NCBI GenBank assembly: GCA_903825435.1
Contig: CAIKAP010000043.1
Location: 282 to 64,281, forward strand
DNA length: 64,000 bases
Direction: 5' to 3'
Origin: an uncultured Verrucomicrobiota bacterium
GTDB taxonomy: Bacteria > Verrucomicrobiota > Verrucomicrobiia > Palsa-1439
Positions 57,451-64,000 of this stretch are shown here, piece after piece. The position numbers and the translations under genes are program-made. The notes beneath the pieces are model-generated. The model did not search any database, was not told where the DNA came from, and saw only the letters and a program-made list of their open reading frames with translations. Position 1 is the stretch's first letter; every line of letters starts with the position of its first letter.

Positions 57451-58455
57451 TCATCCTTCCCCCGGCCGCGCCAGCCCCGTCCATCCGCTTTGCAAAGGCT
57501 TCCTCCGTCCTGCCTCCACCAATCCCAGATCCAACCGATTCATCTCCACACGCTGGACCCGTTTCCCATCCTGCACGACGAACTTCAACCGGAAGATGTT
57601 CGCCAGCGCGTACCGGAACGCATCGCAGATATGCTCGTAAAACCCATCCTTCAGCGGGAACCCGTCCTTGTCGCGCACCAAGCCGTTTCTCAACCCGTCC
57701 ACCAGGTGCTTGCAGTCCACCGGGTCAATCTCCAGCCAGCCCGCCTTAATCACCCACTGCACGATCTGAATCCCTTCGTCCACCGACATATCCCGCCACC
57801 GCGCATAAACGCCCCTCGTTTGCAGAACCTCGATGGAAGTGTCCGGTGAGCGGTCATCGTGCTGGTTTCCCGCCGGGTCGCAATAGTCCTCAATTCGCGC
57901 CCCTGGACATACGTTCGTCGCAAACGGTAGGACGTGTTTGTCAGCAAACTCGTCCACCAACAGTTCCCGCGCTATCACTTCCTTTAACGCATACACTCGA
58001 AACGTGCCGTCCTCCCTCGATTCAACCTGTAGGTGAATCGCCGCAGGCATCCTCCAACCAAAATCCCAACCGCGAAACAACGTCAACCACGGCCGATACA
58101 CCTGGGGACGCACCGTCACGCTGCCGAAATCGCAATAGACCGGCTTCCCTGGTGTGACGGTGAAGTCAATCCCGTACTCCTGCCGCCGAGAATAGATCGG
58201 CATGTCCTTCGATATATCGCCCACATACGCCCTCCCCTTCTCCGTCAGTGGAGACTTGTCTTTGTCCGCAGTGTGATGCAGCCTCACGTGCACGAACCCA
58301 TTGCGTTCCCACCGATTGATCCCGTACGCCACATGTTCGGCGCCGAGCTTCGCGCCATTCTCACGCTGCCACCAATGCGAATCCAGCAAGTCCGCCGACG
58401 TCGCCGGATCAACCACCGCATCCTTCACCGCCACGAGTTTTTTTCGCATACTCAC
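57451..58455 (-). CDS. Phage terminase large subunit, C-terminal nuclease half
   Basis: TerL nuclease-domain pattern (…CDPAGNQHDDRS…; acidic catalytic residues); ATGA overlap with the N-terminal half. Confidence 0.7.
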   Translation of the reverse strand: MSMRKKLVAVKDAVVDPATSADLLDSHWWQRENGAKLGAEHVAYGINRWERNGFVHVRLHHTADKDKSPLTEKGRAYVGDISKDMPIYSRRQEYGIDFTVTPGKPVYCDFGSVTVRPQVYRPWLTLFRGWDFGWRMPAAIHLQVESREDGTFRVYALKEVIARELLVDEFADKHVLPFATNVCPGARIEDYCDPAGNQHDDRSPDTSIEVLQTRGVYARWRDMSVDEGIQIVQWVIKAGWLEIDPVDCKHLVDGLRNGLVRDKDGFPLKDGFYEHICDAFRYALANIFRLKFVVQDGKRVQRVEMNRLDLGLVEAGRRKPLQSGWTGLARPGEG

Positions 58456-59174
58456 CCCGTCACGTCGTCATAGCCGAGTTGGCAGAATAGGTTGTTCGCG
58501 CCCTTTGCCGAACTCATCATCGTTAACTTGCCGTTCCCCGCCAGAGCCGGACGGACCGCCGTCCACACCTTCTCCTGATTCTCCGTGCTCCCCGCCTCGT
58601 CCCACAAATAGAACGCGAACTTCCACTGCCTCGCCTGTTCCGATCCCTCCGGTACTCCCACAATGAACGAGTCCGGATTCTTGCCGTGTTTGATCGTGAT
58701 GATCCCGTCACTCCGATTGTGATACGCTTCAGGCCGCGCAAACCGAGATGGAATCCTCCGCCACATAAACAGGAACCGGCTGTCCAAAAAGATATTCGCA
58801 TCGAGCAGCTTCTTGCTTTGGTAGCCGATGTAAATGCCGGGAATCGTGAGCGCCGCATGCAGATGCACACCCGCCGCCCACCACGTCGCGATCATATCCC
58901 GCGACTTTTCGACGCGGAGACGGTTTGTTCCTTGCCACTGGCGCGTCAGGTACTCCAAATACTCCGCGTCGGGAAACGGCTGTACCGGCTCGATGTGTTT
59001 GAAATGTGCGAACTCGTCGTTCGTGAACGTGGCCGTTGTTAGATACTCCCACGGATCAGACGGCAACGGCTCCTGCCCTGCCGTCACGAACTTCGACAAC
59101 TCAGCCAACGCTTGGCGCCGAAAGCTCTCCGACAATCGCGTCGAACAGGATGGACTTGCACTTAGAACAGGCAC
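58452..59174 (-). CDS. Phage terminase large subunit, N-terminal ATPase half
   Basis: Deviant Walker A of TerL (…LRVEKSRDMIAT…), Walker B/coupling FYLWDEAGS; stops where the nuclease ORF starts. Confidence 0.65.
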   Translation of the reverse strand: MPVLSASPSCSTRLSESFRRQALAELSKFVTAGQEPLPSDPWEYLTTATFTNDEFAHFKHIEPVQPFPDAEYLEYLTRQWQGTNRLRVEKSRDMIATWWAAGVHLHAALTIPGIYIGYQSKKLLDANIFLDSRFLFMWRRIPSRFARPEAYHNRSDGIITIKHGKNPDSFIVGVPEGSEQARQWKFAFYLWDEAGSTENQEKVWTAVRPALAGNGKLTMMSSAKGANNLFCQLGYDDVTG

Positions 59175-59703
59175 ATCTTTGGATCACAAGCGCGATGCGT
59201 TCCGACCACGCCTTCGCCGCCACCTCGATCTCCACTCGATCCTTCAACTTGCCCGTCAGTTTGTAGAAGAGTTCCACCGCCCGCAACTGCGTGTCGTTGT
59301 CCGTGTGGTCGCCCAGGGACAGCGCCTGATAATACTTCGTCACCTTCGCGTCGATCAGGTCGGAGTGTTTCGCCACCACCCGCTCATCCGTCAGCCCCTT
59401 CTCCGTCAACAGGTCCTCAATCCGCCGCTGCACCTTCGGATTATCGAACGTCCGCTTCTGTTGCTTCTCCGCCGTCGACCGTTTGTACCCGCCCTTGCGC
59501 ATCGCCTCCGCCTTGTTCCCCTTCGCGTCGCCAACGAACGCCACCGCCGTCCGCTCCTGCTTCAATGGCAACTGTGCACGCGCCTTCACAACTCCGCACC
59601 GCGCCGGTTTCCGCCGCGCCGCCCGCTTCTTGCCAACTTGACCGATTTGCCGTTTTGCCGATTTGCCTATTTGTGTTCGTCCCATGCCCATCCTGTATAG
59701 CAA
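59101..59703 (-). CDS. Phage terminase small subunit
   Basis: TerS pattern (…GYKRSTAEKQQKRTFDNPKVQRRIEDL…ERVVAKHSDLIDAKV…); lies upstream of TerL. Confidence 0.65.
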   Translation of the reverse strand: MLYRMGMGRTQIGKSAKRQIGQVGKKRAARRKPARCGVVKARAQLPLKQERTAVAFVGDAKGNKAEAMRKGGYKRSTAEKQQKRTFDNPKVQRRIEDLLTEKGLTDERVVAKHSDLIDAKVTKYYQALSLGDHTDNDTQLRAVELFYKLTGKLKDRVEIEVAAKAWSERIALVIQRCACSKCKSILFDAIVGELSAPSVG

Positions 59704-60014
59704 CTACCACTCCGACCTCGCACGGAACACTCCGCGGGAACGTTTCGCGACACTCACTTGACAACACCAATTTCCCCGAGCGCACGTGTATCTCCCTCCC
59801 ATCAACCGCCGGCCCCACCACACCAGAGATGAGCTAAGCTGACCTTGTGGCCTCTCACCACCTACTTTCACCTACAATTTTATTACCACTATACCAAAAC
59901 TATACCGTGTACCCAACCCAACAGACCGATTTCCGCCGACCTGTGCAGACTCGTTTAGAACCATCAGGCTCCGCCATTCTCCCTCGTAAAAACACCCATC
60001 TTGCGTGATGCAAA

Positions 60015-60155
60015 ATGGTAACGAAAAAAGGCTGGTACGCCAAAGGCGGACACGTTAGAACCATTGACGGCATTATAGACTGGTTGCACGAGTTTTGGAA
60101 GCTCCGAGAAGTGTTCGCTGCGGACCCGGTGATGGCGAAGTTGCTGGCCGCATAA
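60015..60155 (+). CDS. Small ORF (46 aa) encoded inside copy 1 of a 141-bp direct repeat
   Basis: MVTKKGWYAKGGHVRTIDGIIDWLHEFWKLREVFAADPVMAKLLAA; a near-identical 40-aa coding segment recurs at 62579-62701 without its own ATG. Confidence 0.3.
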   Translation: MVTKKGWYAKGGHVRTIDGIIDWLHEFWKLREVFAADPVMAKLLAA

Positions 60156-60173
60156 CGGCGTCATCCGACGATG
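60033..60173. repeat. 141-bp imperfect direct repeat, copy 1 (approx 88-90% identical to 62579-62719)
   Basis: tggtacgccaaaggcggacacgttagaacca…ccgacgatg is shared by both copies. Confidence 0.8.
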
Positions 60174-60225
60174 ATGAAAGGCTGACCGATTGCATTGCGC
60201 TGAGCAAGTATCGTGCACTCCAGCG

Positions 60226-60927
60226 CTAGATTCCGATGCCTTTGCTGCGGTTTTGTGTATGCGCTTTCCGAATGGACGCGAAAGGGCTGATGGCCGATGC
60301 AATTCTTGGAATCATTTTGACCGATTCGACCTTGGCACTTTCCTTGGTCAAGTATTCACGAACGCCAGTTGGCATGGTGGCAAGAGTCGGCTCGCCGTAG
60401 TAGGCCAGCGCTTTGAGTGAGAGGACGGGGTTGAACTCAGGATACAGTGCTTTGGTTGCTCCCAGGGCATCGGGCAAGGTGATCCCGGCTTTCAGGAGCG
60501 TGTAAATGTCGGAGTAATCTTTTGGTTCGGCGCGGACCAAAATCACTTTCATCTTCTGGGCCGCCAGATCAAGAAGCGACGCGATGCAAACGTGATTGTC
60601 CTCGCAGCGGTCAGGTCGGCCAACGCGGCCAATGGTCAGGCCACCGAAGAATGAGACTTTGATCGCTCCGCCCCGATCGACGGTGAACGTGGCGGTGTTG
60701 GGCTCGGATTGGATTAGCTCTGCGCCGTCGAGGAATGCCAAGCTCCGGCCCAAAACGTCCGCCGAAACAGGACGGTTCGTGAAGAAATCGAAATCCACCG
60801 ATTGTCTCCCGCCCAAACGCAGGGCAACGGCGGTTCCCCCATACAAAACGAAATGATCAGGGATTTGAGAAAGTTCCGGCCACAAGCGTCGCTGCTCTGC
60901 CGGGAGAGTGTCAAGACGCGGCCTCAT
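60226..60927 (-). CDS. Nucleotidyltransferase AbiEii/AbiGii-family toxin (type IV TA / abortive infection)
   Basis: AbiEii pattern (…FVLYGGTAVALRLGGRQSVDFDFF…, …DYSDIYTLL…); start at MRPRLDTL…. Confidence 0.7.
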   Translation of the reverse strand: MRPRLDTLPAEQRRLWPELSQIPDHFVLYGGTAVALRLGGRQSVDFDFFTNRPVSADVLGRSLAFLDGAELIQSEPNTATFTVDRGGAIKVSFFGGLTIGRVGRPDRCEDNHVCIASLLDLAAQKMKVILVRAEPKDYSDIYTLLKAGITLPDALGATKALYPEFNPVLSLKALAYYGEPTLATMPTGVREYLTKESAKVESVKMIPRIASAISPFASIRKAHTQNRSKGIGI

Positions 60928-61259
60928 GTGGGGATAGCGCGCTGGGGTGGCGGGGGAACAGGGAGAAGATGCAACCGGTGGTGCCAGTAATGCCACGAAC
61001 GGTTGTCAAAAAGACCGGGCGGGGCGGATCGCAACGCTTCACGGAATACAGATTTACCATGATGATCGAGGACAAAACAGATGTCCGCCCACGTTCCGAA
61101 CACCATGACCCGGCAGAGAAAAATCGGGGTGTTATCAAGCGTTGTGTCAGCGGATTGCCACCAGCACACCCGCCGCGCGATGGAGGTCAGCCGTTCAGAA
61201 CCCTTTTCTGTTGTCAGCGTGTTCTTCACAACTTTTTGGATCCAACAGAAGTATAACAA
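60924..61259 (-). CDS. Putative cognate antitoxin of the AbiEii-like gene (unrecognised family)
   Basis: The ORF stop overlaps the AbiEii start as ATGA; start site uncertain; weak coding signal. Confidence 0.25.
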   Translation of the reverse strand: MLYFCWIQKVVKNTLTTEKGSERLTSIARRVCWWQSADTTLDNTPIFLCRVMVFGTWADICFVLDHHGKSVFREALRSAPPGLFDNRSWHYWHHRLHLLPVPPPPQRAIPT

Positions 61260-61401
61260 ACCGGGCGTGAATGTCGAGCTTGGCTCTGTGCAACAGATGC
61301 GGTGCGATGAATGGGCAGCGCATCGGCATTCGGGACAAGAAGGTTTCCGCGATCAAATTGCCGACGCTTGACACCCGGTAGCGTTATGCTACCTTTTTGG
61401 C

Positions 61402-61785
61402 ATGAGCCAACCTGTAAAACTTTCCGATGCACTGGTCTTGGACGCCCGACTGGCCGGAGAAACGGTCGAACGCTCCATCGCGGGACAAGTGGAATTCTGG
61501 GCAAAAATCGGCAAGGCCATTGAGCCGTTACTTCAGGGCACGCAGGTGCTCGCCTTGTGTCGGAATGCCGCCACGCGCCCGCTGTCCGACTGCCTGAAAT
61601 CCGTGGATTCGCCCGCCGGGCGCCACCGCGTGACAGAGTTTCTCCAAGAGCAGCCCTGGCCACACTACGAACCGCACCCGCATCAAGCTGGCGTGCTCGT
61701 CCGCACTGAAGCCGACGGGAAACGCACGGTCGGGCGATTCGTCAACCGCCAGTTCCAGCCGGTCAAGTTGAAAGCCACGAAGTGA
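61402..61785 (+). CDS. Putative antitoxin partner of the zeta-type toxin
   Basis: 127-aa ORF whose stop overlaps the zeta toxin start (ATGA). Confidence 0.4.
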   Translation: MSQPVKLSDALVLDARLAGETVERSIAGQVEFWAKIGKAIEPLLQGTQVLALCRNAATRPLSDCLKSVDSPAGRHRVTEFLQEQPWPHYEPHPHQAGVLVRTEADGKRTVGRFVNRQFQPVKLKATK

Positions 61786-62393
61786 TGAGCTCCGACATGC
61801 GTCGCGAGTCCAAGGCGGACCTGCTGCTCGACCGCCGTCCGGTCCTTGTCGCGCTCGCGGGGCCGAATGGCGCGGGTAAAACCACTTTTTACCACGCCCA
61901 TCTCCAGCCCGCCGGGCTGCGGTTCATCAACGCCGACGTACTGGCGCGGGAACTGAACCTCGATCCCTACGCGGCTGCTCACGTGGCCGAGGCGCTCCGG
62001 CGTCAACTGGTGGAACAGCGCGAGAGTTTCGTGTTTGAAACCGTGTTCTCCGATCCGGTTGGCGACAAGCTGACTTTCCTGAAAGAAGCGGCAGCAAAAG
62101 GCTACACCGTTGTTCTGTGCTTCATTGGACTCTCCGGGCCGGCAGTCTCGGAAGCGCGTGTCGCCATGCGCGTCTCGCAAGGCGGACATGATGTGCCGGC
62201 CGAAAAGCTGGTCGCACGGTTCCCCCGCACATTGGCGAACCTCAAGACCGCCATTCGCGAACTGCCGCACGTGTGGATTTTCGACAACGACGATCTGCGC
62301 ACCCCGTTCCGTCAGGTTGCTGTTTTCGAGAACGGCCAGCAGGTGATCCTGAATAAGCCGGCGCCCGAGTGGCTGCGGCCGTTGTTGGCTTAG
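61782..62393 (+). CDS. Zeta-toxin family P-loop kinase (short AAA_33/zeta type)
   Basis: Walker A LAGPNGAGKTT; zeta/AAA_33-like length (203 aa) and motif order. Confidence 0.75.
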   Translation: MMSSDMRRESKADLLLDRRPVLVALAGPNGAGKTTFYHAHLQPAGLRFINADVLARELNLDPYAAAHVAEALRRQLVEQRESFVFETVFSDPVGDKLTFLKEAAAKGYTVVLCFIGLSGPAVSEARVAMRVSQGGHDVPAEKLVARFPRTLANLKTAIRELPHVWIFDNDDLRTPFRQVAVFENGQQVILNKPAPEWLRPLLA

Positions 62394-62578
62394 AATTGCG
62401 TTCCTCACCTGCCGTCGCGAGGTCGTTTTCGCGGTGCAAGTCAGCGAGCCGGCCGAGACGCCACCCAAGACCACCAAGTAGTGGTGAAGAAGGCGAGAGT
62501 GAATGTTGCCAAGGCGCACTCGCAAATCGATCACCGGATCTTGGTGGATGCGATGAAGACAGTCGTGTTCGACAGCAG

Positions 62579-62719
62579 TGGTACGCCAAAGGCGGACACG
62601 TTAGAACCATCGACGGCATTATCGACTGGCTACGCGAGTTTTGGAAGCTCCAAGAAGTGTTCGCGGTGGACCCGGTGACGGCAAAATTGCTGGCCGCATG
62701 ACGGCATCATCCGACGATG
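62579..62719. repeat. 141-bp imperfect direct repeat, copy 2
   Basis: Same unit as 60033-60173; the two copies bracket the AbiEii/zeta cassette. Confidence 0.8.
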
Positions 62720-62804
62720 TTTGCCGAGGCGATTGACGCTGGCACAGTCGCGTTCGGCGGCGGCTCTGTGGCGGGGCTTCTTTAGAAAGAAAAACTTGGC
62801 CTGC

Positions 62805-63203
62805 TCAAGCCAAGAGCGGCTTGAAACCGGCCTGTTCAAAATGCCGGTCAGCAGTGAGAGCTTCGTGAATGTCTGCGTCCTTCATCGCCACGAAAGAGGT
62901 GCAATCGGTGAGCGACCAGTTTTTGTCCGCCCGACTGGCGAACAGGTCCAAGCCGCGCTGCAACAGACGTGAATCGAGTGGCACGATGGTTGACCGCTGA
63001 CTGGCGCGAATTCCGGCGACCATGGCCAAATAATCGGCGTGATCTTCCGCGCGACCGCACGCGTTGCCCAATTCGAGGATGATGAACTCGGTGGTGAGGA
63101 TGGAACGGCTGGTCTTGGATGCCGCCAGTGCCCGGTCGTGCAATGGATCGCGCGCGTCCAGAAGCGCCAGATAAAACGACGTGTCGGCAAACGCGACGCT
63201 CAT
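62805..63203 (-). CDS. vapC: PIN-domain ribonuclease toxin VapC
   Basis: PIN acidic residues (…FADTSFYLALLD…, …TTEFIILE…, …DCTSF…). Confidence 0.85.
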   Translation of the reverse strand: MSVAFADTSFYLALLDARDPLHDRALAASKTSRSILTTEFIILELGNACGRAEDHADYLAMVAGIRASQRSTIVPLDSRLLQRGLDLFASRADKNWSLTDCTSFVAMKDADIHEALTADRHFEQAGFKPLLA

Positions 63204-63493
63204 GTCCGCTTGGGAACGCCGTACAAGTAGTGGTCCAGATTGCCAGCGTAGCCCTTCGGCCAGTGGGGACGCGGCTTGGCGACTTTGAGGACCGCCGCGA
63301 CAAACGGATCATCCTCCGGTCGCAACCCCTCCGGGACGACTTCCACCGCAGTCCCGTCCGCCAACTTGGCATCGGCGGGGAGGACCACCACGCCATTCTT
63401 GACTGTTCCTTTGTAGGTCACGCCCAACTTGTAGCGCGAATCGACTCCAGAAGCAAGCCGGCAGAAAACCTGTCGCCGTCGCGTCTCACCCAA
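63200..63493 (-). CDS. vapB: VapB-type antitoxin (AbrB/SpoVT-like swapped-hairpin); start uncertain
   Basis: 4-nt overlap with the vapC start; N-terminal …GTVKNGVVVLPADAKLADGTAVEV… resembles the AbrB/MazE fold; the ORF table start is a TTG next to the tRNA. Confidence 0.5.
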   Translation of the reverse strand: MGETRRRQVFCRLASGVDSRYKLGVTYKGTVKNGVVVLPADAKLADGTAVEVVPEGLRPEDDPFVAAVLKVAKPRPHWPKGYAGNLDHYLYGVPKRT

Positions 63494-63495
63494 AT

Positions 63496-63571
63496 TGGTA
63501 CCCCCAAGGGGAATCGAACCCCTGTTCTCAGATTGAGAATCTGATGTCCTAGGCCACTAGACGATGAGGGC
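63496..63571 (-). tRNA. tRNA-Glu (anticodon CUC)
   Basis: Reverse complement GCCCTCA TC GTCT AGTGGCCTA GGAC A TCAGA TTCTCAA TCTGA GAAC AGGGG TTCGATT CCCCT TGGGGGT A CCA; arm layout closely parallels E. coli tRNA-Glu. Confidence 0.9.
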
Positions 63572-63647
63572 GCTCAAGCACTTGCGAAAACCGGGGGACT
63601 CTCCGGGGGACTTGACACAGAAGCGTATATCATTATCTTCAGATGCC

Positions 63648-64000
63648 ATGAGCAATCTCAAGAAGGTCTCGACTAATTTGTACCGGGATGTCCGCACGGG
63701 GATATATTACTGCATCATCCGCAGGGGTGGTGCAAGAATAAAAGAGAGCCTCAACACCCGTGAACGGACTCTTGCATCGGCCCGTCTCCATGATCGGCTT
63801 TCCGAACTGCCCGACCGCACTGCCATCGCCTCCGCCGATGCCACGTGGGATGCCGTTAAAAGACTGTATATTGACGTTCTTGCAAAACTCGCTTTTGCGG
63901 GCTTTTTCGGCGATGGATTTGAACGGGATGCAAGGGGAAGCGTCTCAGAGTTATGCATGAACTGACCGCGATCTTCCACCATCTTCAACGCCATCTTTTC
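63648..64000 (+). CDS. int: Tyrosine-type phage integrase, N-terminal part (continues beyond window end)
   Basis: Integrase N-terminal arm/SAM-like pattern (…LYRDVRTGIYYCIIRRGGARIKESLNTRERTLASARLHDRLSEL…); adjacent to the tRNA. Confidence 0.65.

Larger units (their letters stand above)
55430..59710 (-). mobile_element. Degenerate prophage remnant (terS-terL-large structural/minor protein) without capsid or tail genes
   Basis: Phage packaging genes present, two apparent gene disruptions, and the left junction truncates a chromosomal Spy-like gene. Confidence 0.5.

Noticed and set aside
63564-63965. ORF-table CDS starting at 63564 (MRALKHLRKPGDSPG…)
   Set aside because: Its first approx 8 nt lie inside the tRNA-Glu gene, and its first 28 codons lack coding character. 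The integrase homology starts at the internal Met (63648), which has an upstream promoter-like TTGACA.

Overview
This 64 kb window comes from a high-GC (about 60-62%) Gram-negative chromosome. The gene content suggests a Planctomycetota/Verrucomicrobiota-like organism: a DUF1501/pre-peptidase-domain pair, prenyltransferase-repeat proteins, a Bat/MoxR operon, multiheme cytochrome c, and many 4-nt start/stop overlaps. CDS coordinates derived from the supplied ORF table by codon arithmetic are exact; tRNA, repeat and regulatory coordinates read off the sequence lines may be off by +/-1 nt.

In coordinate order the window contains:
- 1-4.7 kb: a type IV pilus ATPase gene (pilB) immediately followed by a Ras-like GTPase mglA flanked by two Roadblock/LC7 (MglB-like) genes. 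One of these is an unusual Pro-rich + ComEA-like HhH + Roadblock fusion.
- 4.85 kb: tRNA-Gly(UCC), then an MscS channel, an ATP-grasp-like protein and proB-(membrane ORF)-proA.
- 10.4-13.7 kb: a macAB-type efflux operon, then an LPS cluster (O-antigen-ligase/TPR, lpxK, heptosyltransferase).
- 18.5-28.6 kb: a translationally coupled MoxR-DUF58-BatA-VWA-coiled-coil-prenyltransferase-repeat operon.
- 29-34.7 kb: prmC, murA, an FHA protein, and ffh-rpsP-KH-trmD-rplS with no rimM.
- 34.7-36.2 kb: a metallophosphoesterase-TM-extracytoplasmic fusion.
- 36.35-38.76 kb: a roughly 2.4 kb low-GC (about 47%) islet encoding two lipoproteins, a small membrane protein and an unrecognised 290 aa protein.
- 38.8-39.9 kb: an FN3 protein whose upstream region carries a 21-bp x ~10 tandem array plus a (CGGAACGG)7 microsatellite.
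- 40-44 kb: lspA, a dksA-like gene and ileS.
- 44-52 kb: a PD40-repeat lipoprotein, etfBA divergent from a tetraheme cytochrome c, and a DUF1501 + pre-peptidase-domain pair.
- 52-55.5 kb: an envelope-stress cluster with 3-4 Spy/CpxP-like LTXXQ proteins and an ECF sigma/anti-sigma pair.
- 55.4-64 kb: a composite mobile/defense region. It holds a decayed prophage remnant (TerS, a split TerL, and a frameshifted 694 aa protein) that truncates a Spy-like gene. Next is an AbiEii + short zeta-toxin cassette flanked by 141-bp imperfect direct repeats. Last are vapBC, tRNA-Glu(CUC) and the 5' end of a tyrosine integrase.

The most novel-looking elements are the pilB-roadblock-mglA-mglB module, the low-GC four-gene islet, the repeat-flanked TA cassette, and the tandem-repeat region upstream of the FN3 gene.
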